Shown here in pieces: positions 38,794 through 48,431 of a DNA stretch of 64,000 nt (its first letter is position 1; every line of letters begins with the position of its first letter). This DNA is from an uncultured virus (IMG/VR IMGVR_UViG_3300009181_007169) (taxonomy: Duplodnaviria > Heunggongvirae > Uroviricota > Caudoviricetes). Both the position numbers and the translations under genes were made by a program. The stretch lies in IMG/VR virus record IMGVR_UViG_3300009181_007169, one strand, 5' to 3'. The notes beneath the pieces are model-generated. The model was not told the origin of the DNA. It saw only the letters and a list, made by a program, of their open reading frames with translations, and made no database searches.

Positions 38794-40406
38794 AATTCTT
38801 CTTCTTCTAGCACATTTTCAGGAACATAATCTTTTAGAATCACTACATTTTTAGACTTAGAGGCGTTTCGAGCTCTTTTACTTGCCCAATCTCTCAACTC
38901 TTCGATCTTCTCCTTCATTGTTATATAAATAGGGACAGATTCTTTTAATTCCTTTATTATATCTACGGTGCTAATAGGTCTTTTGTTGTCGGAAAATCCT
39001 TCATACATGGCAGAAACAATTGCCGCTTCAATTTCAGCCCCTGTAAAACCTTTAGAATTAGAAACTAGCTTTTTTAAATCAAAATTATTTTGACTGAAAT
39101 TTCTTTGCTCAAGATGAATTACCCAAATTTCTTTCCTTTCTTCATCATCAGGTAAATCAACAAAAAATATATCGTCAAATCTGCCTTTTCTTATCAATTC
39201 TGGAGGTATATTTGCAACCACATTAGCTGTTGCGACAACAAACACTGGAGATTTTTTTTCTTGCATCCAAGTTAAAAATGTTCCAAAAATTCTCGAAGAC
39301 GTTCCAGAATCTCCTGCATTACCGACGTTAGAAAACGCTTTATCAATTTCGTCCACCCACATTATGCAAGGAGCAATAGATTCTGCAGTTTTAATTACAG
39401 AACGTAGGTTCTCTTCTGAACTCCCAACAATTCCACTGAAAACCCTACCTACATCCAACCTTAGTAATGGCAATTGCCAGAAAGAAGCAATAGCTTTTGA
39501 AACTTGTGATTTACCTGCGCCCTGTATTCCTATTATCATTAAACCTTTAGGGTTCTCTGGCAAGCCATATTCTTTAGCAATATCTGAAAAAGCATCTCGT
39601 CTTTTTATTAACCAATTTTTAAGGTTTGCTAATCCACCCACTTTGCTTAAATCAAATTCTAGCTCAATCCATTCTAAAATTCCCGATTGCTTTATGATGT
39701 CTTGTTTTTTAGAAGCAATTTTTTTTGGGCAGAACTCTTTTTCTGTAAGAATAAAATATGTGGAAATCATTTCAATTTCTTTTAAAGAAAGACCCTGGAA
39801 AGCTCTTGTAATACTTTCTAATTGATCCTGGGTGTAGTTTGTGTTGAAGTTTTTTAATTCTGTTCTTTTTTTAACTTGTGCAATTATAGAAATCATTTTT
39901 TCATTTATTAATTCTTTTTCAGGAAGAGGTAAATCTAATAAACAAACTAATTTTTCAAATTCTATAGGCAGGAAATATTTTGCACCAGTAATAATCACAC
40001 ATTTTCTTTCAGTGTTACATTTCTCAATTAAATTTTTTAAAGCTCTGATTGTTACTATTTCAACTTGACCGGGATGACCTTCAGGTGCTAAAAATTTATA
40101 AAAATCATGTAAAACTAAAATACAAAAATCATCTTTTTCAACAATCAAATTATTGAACCATTCAAGGATTTCTGTCTGATCCATATTTGAATCAATCTTG
40201 AAAGCATTTGAATTTGTTATCCCACCTGATGCAATGTCCCAGTAAACAAAAGACCAAGGTTTTGCTCGGTTGCAAGCTATTTCTTGAACAATGTCATCAA
40301 CTCTATGCTCTTCATGCGTGGTTATATATATTAAAGACCTATTTGATTTAATTTGATTTTCTAGTTCTGCTTTATATTCATTAATTTTTATCATTTTGGA
40401 CACCAA
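38790..40406 (-). CDS. Ycf46-like AAA+ ATPase
   Basis: THEEHR, VGGLANLKNWL, GIQGAGKS, WVDEIDKAF, RKGRFD. Confidence 0.85.
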   Translation of the reverse strand: MVSKMIKINEYKAELENQIKSNRSLIYITTHEEHRVDDIVQEIACNRAKPWSFVYWDIASGGITNSNAFKIDSNMDQTEILEWFNNLIVEKDDFCILVLHDFYKFLAPEGHPGQVEIVTIRALKNLIEKCNTERKCVIITGAKYFLPIEFEKLVCLLDLPLPEKELINEKMISIIAQVKKRTELKNFNTNYTQDQLESITRAFQGLSLKEIEMISTYFILTEKEFCPKKIASKKQDIIKQSGILEWIELEFDLSKVGGLANLKNWLIKRRDAFSDIAKEYGLPENPKGLMIIGIQGAGKSQVSKAIASFWQLPLLRLDVGRVFSGIVGSSEENLRSVIKTAESIAPCIMWVDEIDKAFSNVGNAGDSGTSSRIFGTFLTWMQEKKSPVFVVATANVVANIPPELIRKGRFDDIFFVDLPDDEERKEIWVIHLEQRNFSQNNFDLKKLVSNSKGFTGAEIEAAIVSAMYEGFSDNKRPISTVDIIKELKESVPIYITMKEKIEELRDWASKRARNASKSKNVVILKDYVPENVLEEEEL

Positions 40407-41074
40407 GGCTCACTCTTGAAGTACATAAACAATTTTTCAAAAGATTGTTCGTAATTCCAAAATAATATTTCTGAAGAATACGGTGCATTTTCTACTGTTG
40501 TCCTTAACATATTTTTTAATCTATTTAAATCATCTTTATTTTTTGTCAATTCAGACAACTTATTTATGACAAGTTTTTGAAGCTTTTTGTGATCACTAGA
40601 TGACTCTAACATTAATTTTGTTGAAGATAAAGGAATTCCATAGACCTCAAAAGCGCTAAATATTTTTTCACTGACTTTAACATTTTTTAAACTCTCTAAT
40701 GTATATTTGTCCACGAACTTGAAATTCAAAAAATTTTTATCCCACTCTTTAGCAAAAGCCACGCACGATGTTAAGCTAAAATTTTTATACTTCTTCAAAA
40801 AGAAATCATAATTGTCAAAACACCACTCTAAATATTCATCTAAAAGCTCCTCAGTGACTTCATACTTTTTTGAGAGTTCACTGCAGATTTTATTAAAAGT
40901 AATAGTTTCAAAAGATTTTGACATTTTTAAAAACTCCCCAGTTCTTGTCAAATATTTAGTTCTAAATTTATTTTTAGCAAACTCATACTTAACAATATCC
41001 TTTTCCTCAAATGAAGTGAGATTGTTATGCCAATCATTTGCAATGTTAATAATAATATTATCTAAATTGTTCAT
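40391..41074 (-). CDS. Hypothetical protein
   Basis: 227 aa ORF in the replication operon. Confidence 0.55.
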   Translation of the reverse strand: MNNLDNIIINIANDWHNNLTSFEEKDIVKYEFAKNKFRTKYLTRTGEFLKMSKSFETITFNKICSELSKKYEVTEELLDEYLEWCFDNYDFFLKKYKNFSLTSCVAFAKEWDKNFLNFKFVDKYTLESLKNVKVSEKIFSAFEVYGIPLSSTKLMLESSSDHKKLQKLVINKLSELTKNKDDLNRLKNMLRTTVENAPYSSEILFWNYEQSFEKLFMYFKSEPWCPK

Positions 41075-41739
41075 TTTAAGTAAGTTACTTCTGAAACACC
41101 ATCGTTTTGTTTGACGAAAATAGAATGATCCGCATAATGCCCGAAAACATGTTCCATGTGAGTGGCATAAAAAATTTGCCTACCAGAATTAGAAACATAC
41201 TGTTGCATCAACCTGGCAACATTTTCAATTTTTTCATCAGAAGACATAGATTTAAAAGATTCATCTAAAAGCAATGGACCATTATATTTTAACCATTCTA
41301 ATGCAGCAAATCTTAATGTAAATGAAGCAGCTTCACAAACACCGCCTCCTCTTTCATCTTTTAAGCCAGTAATAATTCTCTCTGAATTCAAAGTTGATTC
41401 AATACCAATTTCCATTTTGAAAGCGGCTGAATTTTTTTTATCCTCATTTTTTAAAAATACTAATTTTCTATCATCTTCATAAATAGCTCTCAATGCATAA
41501 GTTCCAGTTTCTTCAATTGACTTTATTGCATTTTCTCTTCGTTGAGAAATGAAACCTAAAAGCAAAAGATGTGCATCTTTTTTATTCTTAGACTCAATTA
41601 CATCAGAGTCAATTTTGGTTTTTAACTTATCACATTGAACTTCGATTCTTTCTCTTACACCTTTTGTTTGAGAAATTTTATTGTTAAATAAAGTGATTTT
41701 AGCATTTAATTTTTGCAAATTCGGACTCAATTTCGTCAA
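41071..41739 (-). CDS. sbcC: SbcC/Rad50 C-terminal half (signature and Walker B)
   Basis: ERGGGVCE, PLLLDESF, FYATH; start uncertain. Confidence 0.75.
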   Translation of the reverse strand: MTKLSPNLQKLNAKITLFNNKISQTKGVRERIEVQCDKLKTKIDSDVIESKNKKDAHLLLLGFISQRRENAIKSIEETGTYALRAIYEDDRKLVFLKNEDKKNSAAFKMEIGIESTLNSERIITGLKDERGGGVCEAASFTLRFAALEWLKYNGPLLLDESFKSMSSDEKIENVARLMQQYVSNSGRQIFYATHMEHVFGHYADHSIFVKQNDGVSEVTYLK

Positions 41740-41962
41740 CCTCCTGGTTTAATTTTTCGCTAATTTCCTTTAATTGTGTTTGATATTCAATTAATTTGTT
41801 TGGAACTTCTGACAGCGAGATATTAAACAATGACATCACTTCAATTTCAGCTTTATTTCTTTTTTCTAGCATTTCTTCAACAGATTGCTTTTTGGCAAGA
41901 GCTTGCGCCCTGAGTGTTATTAGTTTTGTTTCTTTTTCTTTTAATTTTTCAGAATAATTCAT
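41699..41962 (-). CDS. Small coiled-coil protein
   Basis: 87 aa heptad-rich, between sbcD and the C-terminal sbcC half. Confidence 0.55.
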   Translation of the reverse strand: MNYSEKLKEKETKLITLRAQALAKKQSVEEMLEKRNKAEIEVMSLFNISLSEVPNKLIEYQTQLKEISEKLNQEVDEIESEFAKIKC

Positions 41963-42945
41963 AGATTTCCTCCTGTTTTTATTATGTTAATAGCGTTGAT
42001 TGCTTCTTTTACTACGTCTTCATGTGTATTAATTTTATTTGCATAAGCAATTAAATCTTCTTTAATATCCCCAGAGATTGTAGTGGAAACATCTATGTCA
42101 GATATTGCTTTGATGAAAAGTTCAGTGTTTTTGTTTTCAACTTTTTTCTGTTTATTTTTTTCTATATCAAAAACAACATCATAAGGCAAAGAATATTTCA
42201 ATTCAACTTCGCGATACTTGAATTCATCAGTATCATAATTGAATTGGCAAAGTAAAACACTAACTTTATTTTTTTCATAATCTGCAGAAATCTCAGGTCT
42301 ACCAAGTGATCCCGGATTTAAAAATTTCAAACCAGGTTTTTCAGCTTGCATTTTTTTGTGAATGTGACCAGAAAAAATCACTTTTGTTGAGGGATTTGTT
42401 TTTAAATCACTAAACAAAATATGGTCAAAAATGAATGGTTTATCCACAATTGACGCATGCAAAAACATTATTTTTTCATCATAGGATTCCAACACACCCT
42501 CAGACAATTTACTATCTAAGTCTGGAGTGAAATGCCAAAATCTTATTGACAAATCAGCTAAACTATCAACACATTTTATTACTTTAGATGAAATTAATGT
42601 TTGTAAAGCAGATTTTTCTATATTGTTTGGATTGTGTGCAATATCATGATTACCAATTACTACATACTTTTCAAAACCCCAATCACCATCTTCATCTCCT
42701 GCAAGAATTTCTAACGCTCTATTTCTACATTCTCCTCCTACTTCAATTCTGTTAAAAATGTCACCAAGAAAAACGCAAAAATCAACCTTAGCCGCTTTAG
42801 CAATCATTAAACTTTCTTTTAATTCCATTAAGCCAGATTCCATATAATTATCTAATCGGTTTTGTGGAGTCCTAGAATCTAAATGATTGTCACCAATAAC
42901 AAGAAATTTTTTGATCATTTTAACATACTCCCGCATGTTTCGCAT
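41959..42945 (-). CDS. sbcD: SbcD/Mre11 metallophosphoesterase nuclease
   Basis: GDNH, LGDIF, GNHD, GHIH, NPGS. Confidence 0.9.
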   Translation of the reverse strand: MRNMREYVKMIKKFLVIGDNHLDSRTPQNRLDNYMESGLMELKESLMIAKAAKVDFCVFLGDIFNRIEVGGECRNRALEILAGDEDGDWGFEKYVVIGNHDIAHNPNNIEKSALQTLISSKVIKCVDSLADLSIRFWHFTPDLDSKLSEGVLESYDEKIMFLHASIVDKPFIFDHILFSDLKTNPSTKVIFSGHIHKKMQAEKPGLKFLNPGSLGRPEISADYEKNKVSVLLCQFNYDTDEFKYREVELKYSLPYDVVFDIEKNKQKKVENKNTELFIKAISDIDVSTTISGDIKEDLIAYANKINTHEDVVKEAINAINIIKTGGNL

Positions 42946-44039
42946 TGAATTTTTTCTTTAATCAAAAACTCTTTAAATTCTTTCAAGTCTTGTTCAGATT
43001 GTGTTATATTGTTCATAATTTGTTTATATTCTGTTGAGAACTTTTGACCACTTTGTTTAATCAATTCATAATTTTTATTAAATTGATTTAAAGTAGAAAT
43101 ATCTTTTATGATTTTATTTTGGTTAGTGATTACAGACATTTCTTCGTCAATTTTCTCAATAATTTTATCAAGTTTATCTAAGCATTGTTCATCAACATGA
43201 TTTACATTTAAAGAATTGTACATTTGTAAATCTTTTAAAGTTTCTGCCAATTGATTTGCGGTTTTAAAATTAGACAAAACTTGATCAATTTTATCAATCA
43301 AACTTTGTATGTTATCTAACACGCTTTCATCTAAAGTTAAATCAATACCATCAATATATTTTGAAAACTGTGTTATATTTGATTCAATGCCTAATAACTC
43401 TTGGAATTTTAAATCTAAATCATAAACTTTAGTTTGGTAATCATCGACATAACTATAAGATTGAAATTCTTCTAATAAACTTTTATATTCTTTTTCATCA
43501 GCTTTAGTTTGTTTTTCTATAGCTTTATAGTTTGACATTAACTGCTTTGCTGATTCTTCAAGAACTTCTATTCCTGTTAAGTGTGACAGGGATCTTGGCA
43601 AATCGCTAGGAGACAAATCAACTAAGAATAATTTTGAAAATTGATCTGAGTAAGAAATTAGCCCATTGAAATCATCTTGTGGTGGATTTCCTAAAAGTTC
43701 TTTTATTTCGTCTGGAATATCTTTATCAATTTTTACTTTAGGTATTTTTTTGCCTGTAGAGTCAATTGCAATGATATCATTTTTCCCATCACCTTTGATT
43801 CTTGTTACTTTCACACCATCACTAAACTCTAAAGTTACTGAAGTTTCTTTTTCTCCCCAATGAATGAGGGTGTCTTTTTTGGGATGATTATAAAGAACAA
43901 AAGAAATTGCTCTTAAAATAGCAGATTTACCTGAATCCGAAGTACCAATTAACAAATTGAGCCCTGGCTTACAAGTTATAACCTGATTTTTATAGCTCTG
44001 AAAATTTTCAAGAGTAATGGTTTTTATATATCTGTTCAT
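42915..44039 (-). CDS. sbcC: SbcC/Rad50 N-terminal half, ending in a zinc hook
   Basis: LENFQSY, GTSDSGKSAILRA, coiled coil, terminal CETCG. Confidence 0.85.
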   Translation of the reverse strand: MNRYIKTITLENFQSYKNQVITCKPGLNLLIGTSDSGKSAILRAISFVLYNHPKKDTLIHWGEKETSVTLEFSDGVKVTRIKGDGKNDIIAIDSTGKKIPKVKIDKDIPDEIKELLGNPPQDDFNGLISYSDQFSKLFLVDLSPSDLPRSLSHLTGIEVLEESAKQLMSNYKAIEKQTKADEKEYKSLLEEFQSYSYVDDYQTKVYDLDLKFQELLGIESNITQFSKYIDGIDLTLDESVLDNIQSLIDKIDQVLSNFKTANQLAETLKDLQMYNSLNVNHVDEQCLDKLDKIIEKIDEEMSVITNQNKIIKDISTLNQFNKNYELIKQSGQKFSTEYKQIMNNITQSEQDLKEFKEFLIKEKIQCETCGSMLK

Positions 44040-44455
44040 AAAATTAAATTTGAAAATGCGTTTTCTTCAAAATGATACAAAAACAAAAGTTCATTAGAAA
44101 ATGACGCCCCTGTAATCACTCCGTCAATTGGCGACCAACAATTACTATACGTAAGGCAATAACATTTTGATTCAGAAATTTTGCTCAATTTCTGGCATAA
44201 AAGACACTTCCAATAGTCATATCTTAATCTAAGTGCGCAAAAGTTATAATCAATTTGCCCCCCTGAAGATAACACAATCTTCTTTGTCTTTCTATATAAT
44301 CTGAAATTTTGTTCAGTAAATGGCTCAACATCCATAAATTCAAAATCCTGAAAAGACAAATATAAACCGCCAGCATTTATTCTGTCAAACTCAAAAACAT
44401 TACAAATCCAACTTGTTTCAGATTTTATTATTTGGTTCAAGGGAAAATCAGACAT
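44036..44455 (-). CDS. Hypothetical Cys-containing protein
   Basis: 139 aa; overlaps the sbcC start. Confidence 0.45.
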   Translation of the reverse strand: MSDFPLNQIIKSETSWICNVFEFDRINAGGLYLSFQDFEFMDVEPFTEQNFRLYRKTKKIVLSSGGQIDYNFCALRLRYDYWKCLLCQKLSKISESKCYCLTYSNCWSPIDGVITGASFSNELLFLYHFEENAFSNLIL

Positions 44456-44463
44456 TGTGAGAA
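44440..44463 (+). promoter_or_regulatory. SigH-like promoter AGG-N17-AGAA, 9 nt before ATG
   Basis: AGG gaaaatcagacattgtg AGAA aaataaaat ATG. Confidence 0.6.
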
Positions 44464-44472
44464 AAATAAAAT

Positions 44473-44652
44473 ATGCCTATAGTTAAAATTGACAGAGACA
44501 TTGTTCTTGATAAAATATACGAATGTAGAGGCAAAATTGATTTTACTAATTCTGAAGCCTTAAAGAAAATTAGTGAACTTGTTGATCTTATTGTACACGC
44601 ACAAGATGCTGAAAACCAAGCTGTGTACCCAAAAATTAAAATTGGACGATGA
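44473..44652 (+). CDS. 59-aa hypothetical protein (below the ORF-track cutoff)
   Basis: MPIVKIDRDIVLDKIYECRGK...KIKIGR; promoter motif at the fixed spacing, stop overlaps the next start. Confidence 0.6.
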   Translation: MPIVKIDRDIVLDKIYECRGKIDFTNSEALKKISELVDLIVHAQDAENQAVYPKIKIGR

Positions 44653-44909
44653 ATATTTTTGAATTTGTCAATTATTTAGATAAAAAGGGCTTGTATGATC
44701 TTGCAGATCAAGCTGAAAAGAAAATTTTTGCGGCTAATTTTAGCCTCACAAAAAAGAAAGTGACACCGCAGCAACAACTTAATAATAAATTAGATGCACT
44801 CAATACTCAAATAATAGATATGAAAACACAAATGGAAAATTCTGACATGGCTGAAGGTGATACAAAAATAATGCTCGATGACAAACAAGTGGAATTCAAA
44901 GAAAAATGA
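44649..44909 (+). CDS. Hypothetical protein with shared helical leader
   Basis: MNIFEFVNYLDKKGLYDLADQAEKKIFAA. Confidence 0.6.
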   Translation: MNIFEFVNYLDKKGLYDLADQAEKKIFAANFSLTKKKVTPQQQLNNKLDALNTQIIDMKTQMENSDMAEGDTKIMLDDKQVEFKEK

Positions 44910-45145
44910 CATCAAAAAGATTAGAAGAACTCAAAAAAAAATTTGAAGAAGGAAAAGGCGATTTGAACGATCTTGGGGAAATTTTATGTGACTTATTCCT
45001 ATCAAACTCAAATCACTTAAAAGACTTAAAAACTCAATTTGTAGAACTTAAAAATAATCAAGAAATAATTTATGATGAAATTGTTGATATAAAAAAATCA
45101 CTTAATCCTGTGTATACAATTGTTTACCGTGAATCTTCTGAATAG
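44906..45145 (+). CDS. Hypothetical protein
   Basis: 79 aa; ATGA overlap with the previous gene. Confidence 0.55.
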   Translation: MTSKRLEELKKKFEEGKGDLNDLGEILCDLFLSNSNHLKDLKTQFVELKNNQEIIYDEIVDIKKSLNPVYTIVYRESSE

Positions 45146-45801
45146 AAAACTTTAAATTCTTTTTCGGCATCAATATCTAACCAAGTATAACTATTAATTT
45201 GAAAAATTTCATTTGACCCAGGATAAGGGCTGACAATTTTATCTTCTTTATTGTTTAAAATAATTACAGGAATATTGTCAGATTGATCTACAATTATATC
45301 CTCGCCATCTAAACTTGTCGAATCTAAATCTATTACTCCAGACATTCGCAAACCATGCTCTGTTATGTATGAAGGATCAAACGCTTCAAAAAGATCTAAC
45401 TCTTCCGCATTTTCTAACACCCTTGATAAATTCAATTTGTTTGGTTGAAATGAATTTTCATCTACAATGTGTGCCAAATCTGAAATAGGAGACACTTTCT
45501 CCTTTTCTGAGCTAAATTCATTGTATTTCAATTTAAAATTTTCATAATTATTGTATTTCAACTTAAAATTTTCATAATTTAAATCTTGATTTTCTGAAAT
45601 CAAATTCTCAATTATTTCGCAAAATTTTTTCCAGCCTAAAGTAGATTCTTCTAAAGTTTCTCCTTTAATTGGCGACAAATCTACAGAGCAAATATCTAAT
45701 AGGTTATTTACTCCATCTTCATCAGCTTTTGAATTATAAATTTCAGATTGTAATAGTTTTTTGAAAATTTTTTCTTTAACATAAGCTTTTTTATCAAACA
45801 T
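45124..45801 (-). CDS. Hypothetical acidic protein
   Basis: Likely start MFDKK at 45801, 13 nt after GTATAA. Confidence 0.55.
   Translation of the reverse strand: MFDKKAYVKEKIFKKLLQSEIYNSKADEDGVNNLLDICSVDLSPIKGETLEESTLGWKKFCEIIENLISENQDLNYENFKLKYNNYENFKLKYNEFSSEKEKVSPISDLAHIVDENSFQPNKLNLSRVLENAEELDLFEAFDPSYITEHGLRMSGVIDLDSTSLDGEDIIVDQSDNIPVIILNNKEDKIVSPYPGSNEIFQINSYTWLDIDAEKEFKVFYSEDSR
45521..45579. repeat. 30-bp tandem duplication (NYENFKLKYN x2)
   Basis: ttgtatttcaa(t/c)ttaaaattttcataatt twice, in frame. Confidence 0.85.
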
Positions 45802-45819
45802 AATTTCTTTATACAAATT

Positions 45820-45844
45820 AGGACCGGACTATTTAACATCAGAA
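45820..45844 (+). promoter_or_regulatory. SigH-like promoter AGG-N18-AGAA, 9 nt before ATG
   Basis: AGG accggactatttaacatc AGAA taaaatatt ATG. Confidence 0.6.
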
Positions 45845-45853
45845 TAAAATATT

Positions 45854-46873
45854 ATGCCAGTGTTACCAGCTTCGTATTATTCCACATATTACGTGGTTGA
45901 GTTAGATTTTTGGCAGTTTTTCCAAAGACTTGGAATTCCTACTTCACTGAATTCTATTGTTAAAGTTTTAGCAAGTAAATTTGAAATTTCTGAAAATAAC
46001 TCAGCTCAACAAAAACTTATGATTCAGGGAAAACCAGGTATTTTAGTTCATGATATTTCCTCGCCAATTTATACTTACACTATTGAAGCTCCAATAATTG
46101 TTGAACAAATTGGAGGAAACCCAGGTTTTTTGAGATACAATTGTTTAAATTACTTAGCACTTAAATTGTCTAACTGGCAATGGCAAAAACTTCATCATTA
46201 TCCATCAGATGTAGATTATAATACTTCCTTAATTTCAAATTACGTGGCTTTGAAAAAATATTCTATACAGTCTAATCAGGATCAAATCATGCAAACTTTA
46301 ATCATAGAATCTAGTATCCCATTAAACAGATTAACAAACTCAGAATTTTGGATCAATAGTTATTATTTTCCATTCAGCGATTTACCCGCACAGTCAGAGT
46401 ACATTTTGGGAAGATTGTGTAAAAATTATGACACGTTAGTTGGTTTTACAATTGAAGAGCCTAATGTAAATTCTTATCAATTTAATTCTGGCAACTCAGG
46501 AATATTTTTAAATTCAACAAATTTTGAAATTAATTTCGAGTATTCTCCAGAAAAACTAATCAATGTTGGGAATTTTATTACGTTTAATTTCAAAAATTAT
46601 CAAATTAGTAACAAGTTTTCAGTAATAGGTTTTGAACAATATACAATACCGGCTTATTTTAATCCATCAGAATTTTCTCATTATGAAACTTTAATTAATT
46701 TATCTCTTTCTAATTTAGTTTTAGTTAGAATGCAATTACCTATGATATGTAATAGTAAAGCGTTTGATTTGAATCCCGAAAACCTAATTACAACAAATAT
46801 AGCATTTAGTTTCAATGGAGCCACTTATTATCCATCTTTAAATAATCTTTTTTACTCTGATTTATTCAATTAA
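45854..46873 (+). CDS. Hypothetical beta-rich protein, possibly virion structural
   Basis: 339 aa, N/S/F/Y rich; SigH-like promoter. Confidence 0.5.
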   Translation: MPVLPASYYSTYYVVELDFWQFFQRLGIPTSLNSIVKVLASKFEISENNSAQQKLMIQGKPGILVHDISSPIYTYTIEAPIIVEQIGGNPGFLRYNCLNYLALKLSNWQWQKLHHYPSDVDYNTSLISNYVALKKYSIQSNQDQIMQTLIIESSIPLNRLTNSEFWINSYYFPFSDLPAQSEYILGRLCKNYDTLVGFTIEEPNVNSYQFNSGNSGIFLNSTNFEINFEYSPEKLINVGNFITFNFKNYQISNKFSVIGFEQYTIPAYFNPSEFSHYETLINLSLSNLVLVRMQLPMICNSKAFDLNPENLITTNIAFSFNGATYYPSLNNLFYSDLFN

Positions 46874-46888
46874 TGTACAAATAATAGA

Positions 46889-47449
46889 GTGGATAAACAT
46901 TTTGATTTGAAAGATGGTGAAAAAATTTTAGAATTTTTTGTGCCTGGTAGACCGGCTACAAAAAAAACTTCACAAAGACTTGTAAGAAGAGGTAAATTTT
47001 CTAAAATTTTGCCTTCTGAAAGATTTGAAAAATATGAATTGAATTGCCAAGAATTGTTTGAAAGTGTTTGGAAAAATAAAGGCGAAAAACCTCTAGCTTG
47101 CGGAGTTGCAGTAAAGTTAACAATTACAACAGATACATGGGTGTTGGGTGATGAAGTTGGCTATCAACAAGCAATAGGTGATATTTTAGAAAAATATGGC
47201 GTTGTTTTTAATGACATACTTATACACTGGTGTGATTTCGGCTCGCATATGATAACAGAACCAAGCAAAACTAACCCAGGTTGTAAAATTGAAATTTTTA
47301 GATTTAGACATCCGCTTGAAACAAGAACAAACTTTTTTGAAAGATTTTCTGAAAAAAATGAAGATCAAATTGTAAAACTTTCAAAAAAAACAATTTCAAA
47401 AAAAAAGACGAAACCTATTCAGAAAATTGTTCGTAAAAAAACTAAATGA
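46889..47449 (+). CDS. RusA-like Holliday junction resolvase
   Basis: FFVPGRPATKKTSQR...GDEVGYQQAIGDIL...VFND. Confidence 0.65.
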   Translation: MDKHFDLKDGEKILEFFVPGRPATKKTSQRLVRRGKFSKILPSERFEKYELNCQELFESVWKNKGEKPLACGVAVKLTITTDTWVLGDEVGYQQAIGDILEKYGVVFNDILIHWCDFGSHMITEPSKTNPGCKIEIFRFRHPLETRTNFFERFSEKNEDQIVKLSKKTISKKKTKPIQKIVRKKTK

Positions 47450-48138
47450 ATAAAGAAATTTGGATTTCGCCCTCAGACCTGTCGTATTTTTGGTCAGATT
47501 CTAAAGTTGGATTTTATGATAAGTATATTTTAAAAATACAAAGACCTAAACTGGCTTTTCCAGCTGTATTTACAACAATTGATTTGTGTATGAGGCAAGC
47601 ATTTGATGAAGTAGAATGTACTGAAATAGTTCAAGGTGCTCCGTCAGGTAAAATTACGCATGAGGATATTAACGTGCAAAGTAAATTGTTTACTTTAGGG
47701 GATTATAAAGTTGGCTTTAAAGGCAAAATTGACTGTTTATTAGACACTAATAATGGTAATTATTTTGTTGTTGATTATAAAACCACTCACATTTCGCCAA
47801 AATTAGCAAACATTTATTTCTTACAATTAATGGCTTATGCCTATTGTTTAGAAAATCCCCTTCATGGTGATCCTAAAAAAATTGATGGGCTTGGATTGAT
47901 TGTTTTTCAGCCAGATACCTTTTCTTTTGCCAAAAATGAAGATAGCGGCTTACTTGTTGGACAACTTAAATGGGTTCCTATGTCTTTTGACAAGAAAAAA
48001 TTTAAATTTTGGATAGAAAATGAGCTTAAAACGGTATTGCATTCTAATCGAGACGATTTGTTTAAGTCAGGAAATGATCTTTCTTGGGAAAGATTTATTA
48101 GCTCTTACTCAGTAGAGGAAGTTGAAGAAAATGATTAG
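47446..48138 (+). CDS. PD-(D/E)XK (RecB/Cas4-like) nuclease
   Basis: ISPSDL, GKIDCLL, VVDYKT, QLMAYAY. Confidence 0.8.
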   Translation: MNKEIWISPSDLSYFWSDSKVGFYDKYILKIQRPKLAFPAVFTTIDLCMRQAFDEVECTEIVQGAPSGKITHEDINVQSKLFTLGDYKVGFKGKIDCLLDTNNGNYFVVDYKTTHISPKLANIYFLQLMAYAYCLENPLHGDPKKIDGLGLIVFQPDTFSFAKNEDSGLLVGQLKWVPMSFDKKKFKFWIENELKTVLHSNRDDLFKSGNDLSWERFISSYSVEEVEEND

Positions 48139-48140
48139 AA
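48116..48140 (+). promoter_or_regulatory. SigH-like promoter AGG-N18-AGAA, 9 nt before ATG
   Basis: AGG aagttgaagaaaatgatt AGAA ttaattatt ATG. Confidence 0.6.
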
Positions 48141-48149
48141 TTAATTATT

Positions 48150-48431
48150 ATGCTCAGAATTGCTCAAATTGTAGAACAAAGTATTCAAGAATATAAAAGT
48201 GGAAATATTGTTTTAGCTGAAAGAATGCTAGATTTTGCTTTGCGATTAGCTAAGAAGAAAAAATCGCCTGAATACAAAGGTACATCAAAAAATGTTCCAA
48301 CTAATATGGAACTTTACAACCGTGTAAAATCTGAGGCTAAAAAGAAATTTGATGTTTACCCTAGCGCTTATGCAAATGCCTGGGTTGTTAAAACATATAA
48401 ATCAAGAGGCGGAGGTTATCGCAAAAAGTAA
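48150..48431 (+). CDS. Basic viral protein, N-terminal part of a DUF5872-like domain, with leader
   Basis: PTNMELYNRVKSEAKKKFDVYPSAYANAWVVKTYKSRGGGY. Confidence 0.55.
   Translation: MLRIAQIVEQSIQEYKSGNIVLAERMLDFALRLAKKKKSPEYKGTSKNVPTNMELYNRVKSEAKKKFDVYPSAYANAWVVKTYKSRGGGYRKK

Noticed and set aside
4049..43863. Many plus-strand ORFs of 60-180 aa (e.g. 7783, 25352, 27664, 39364)
   Set aside because: Antisense to well-supported genes, with F/S/L/I-rich composition typical of shadow frames.
45521..45579. 30-bp repeat as an origin iteron or mini-CRISPR
   Set aside because: Only two adjacent copies, in frame within a CDS, no spacer.
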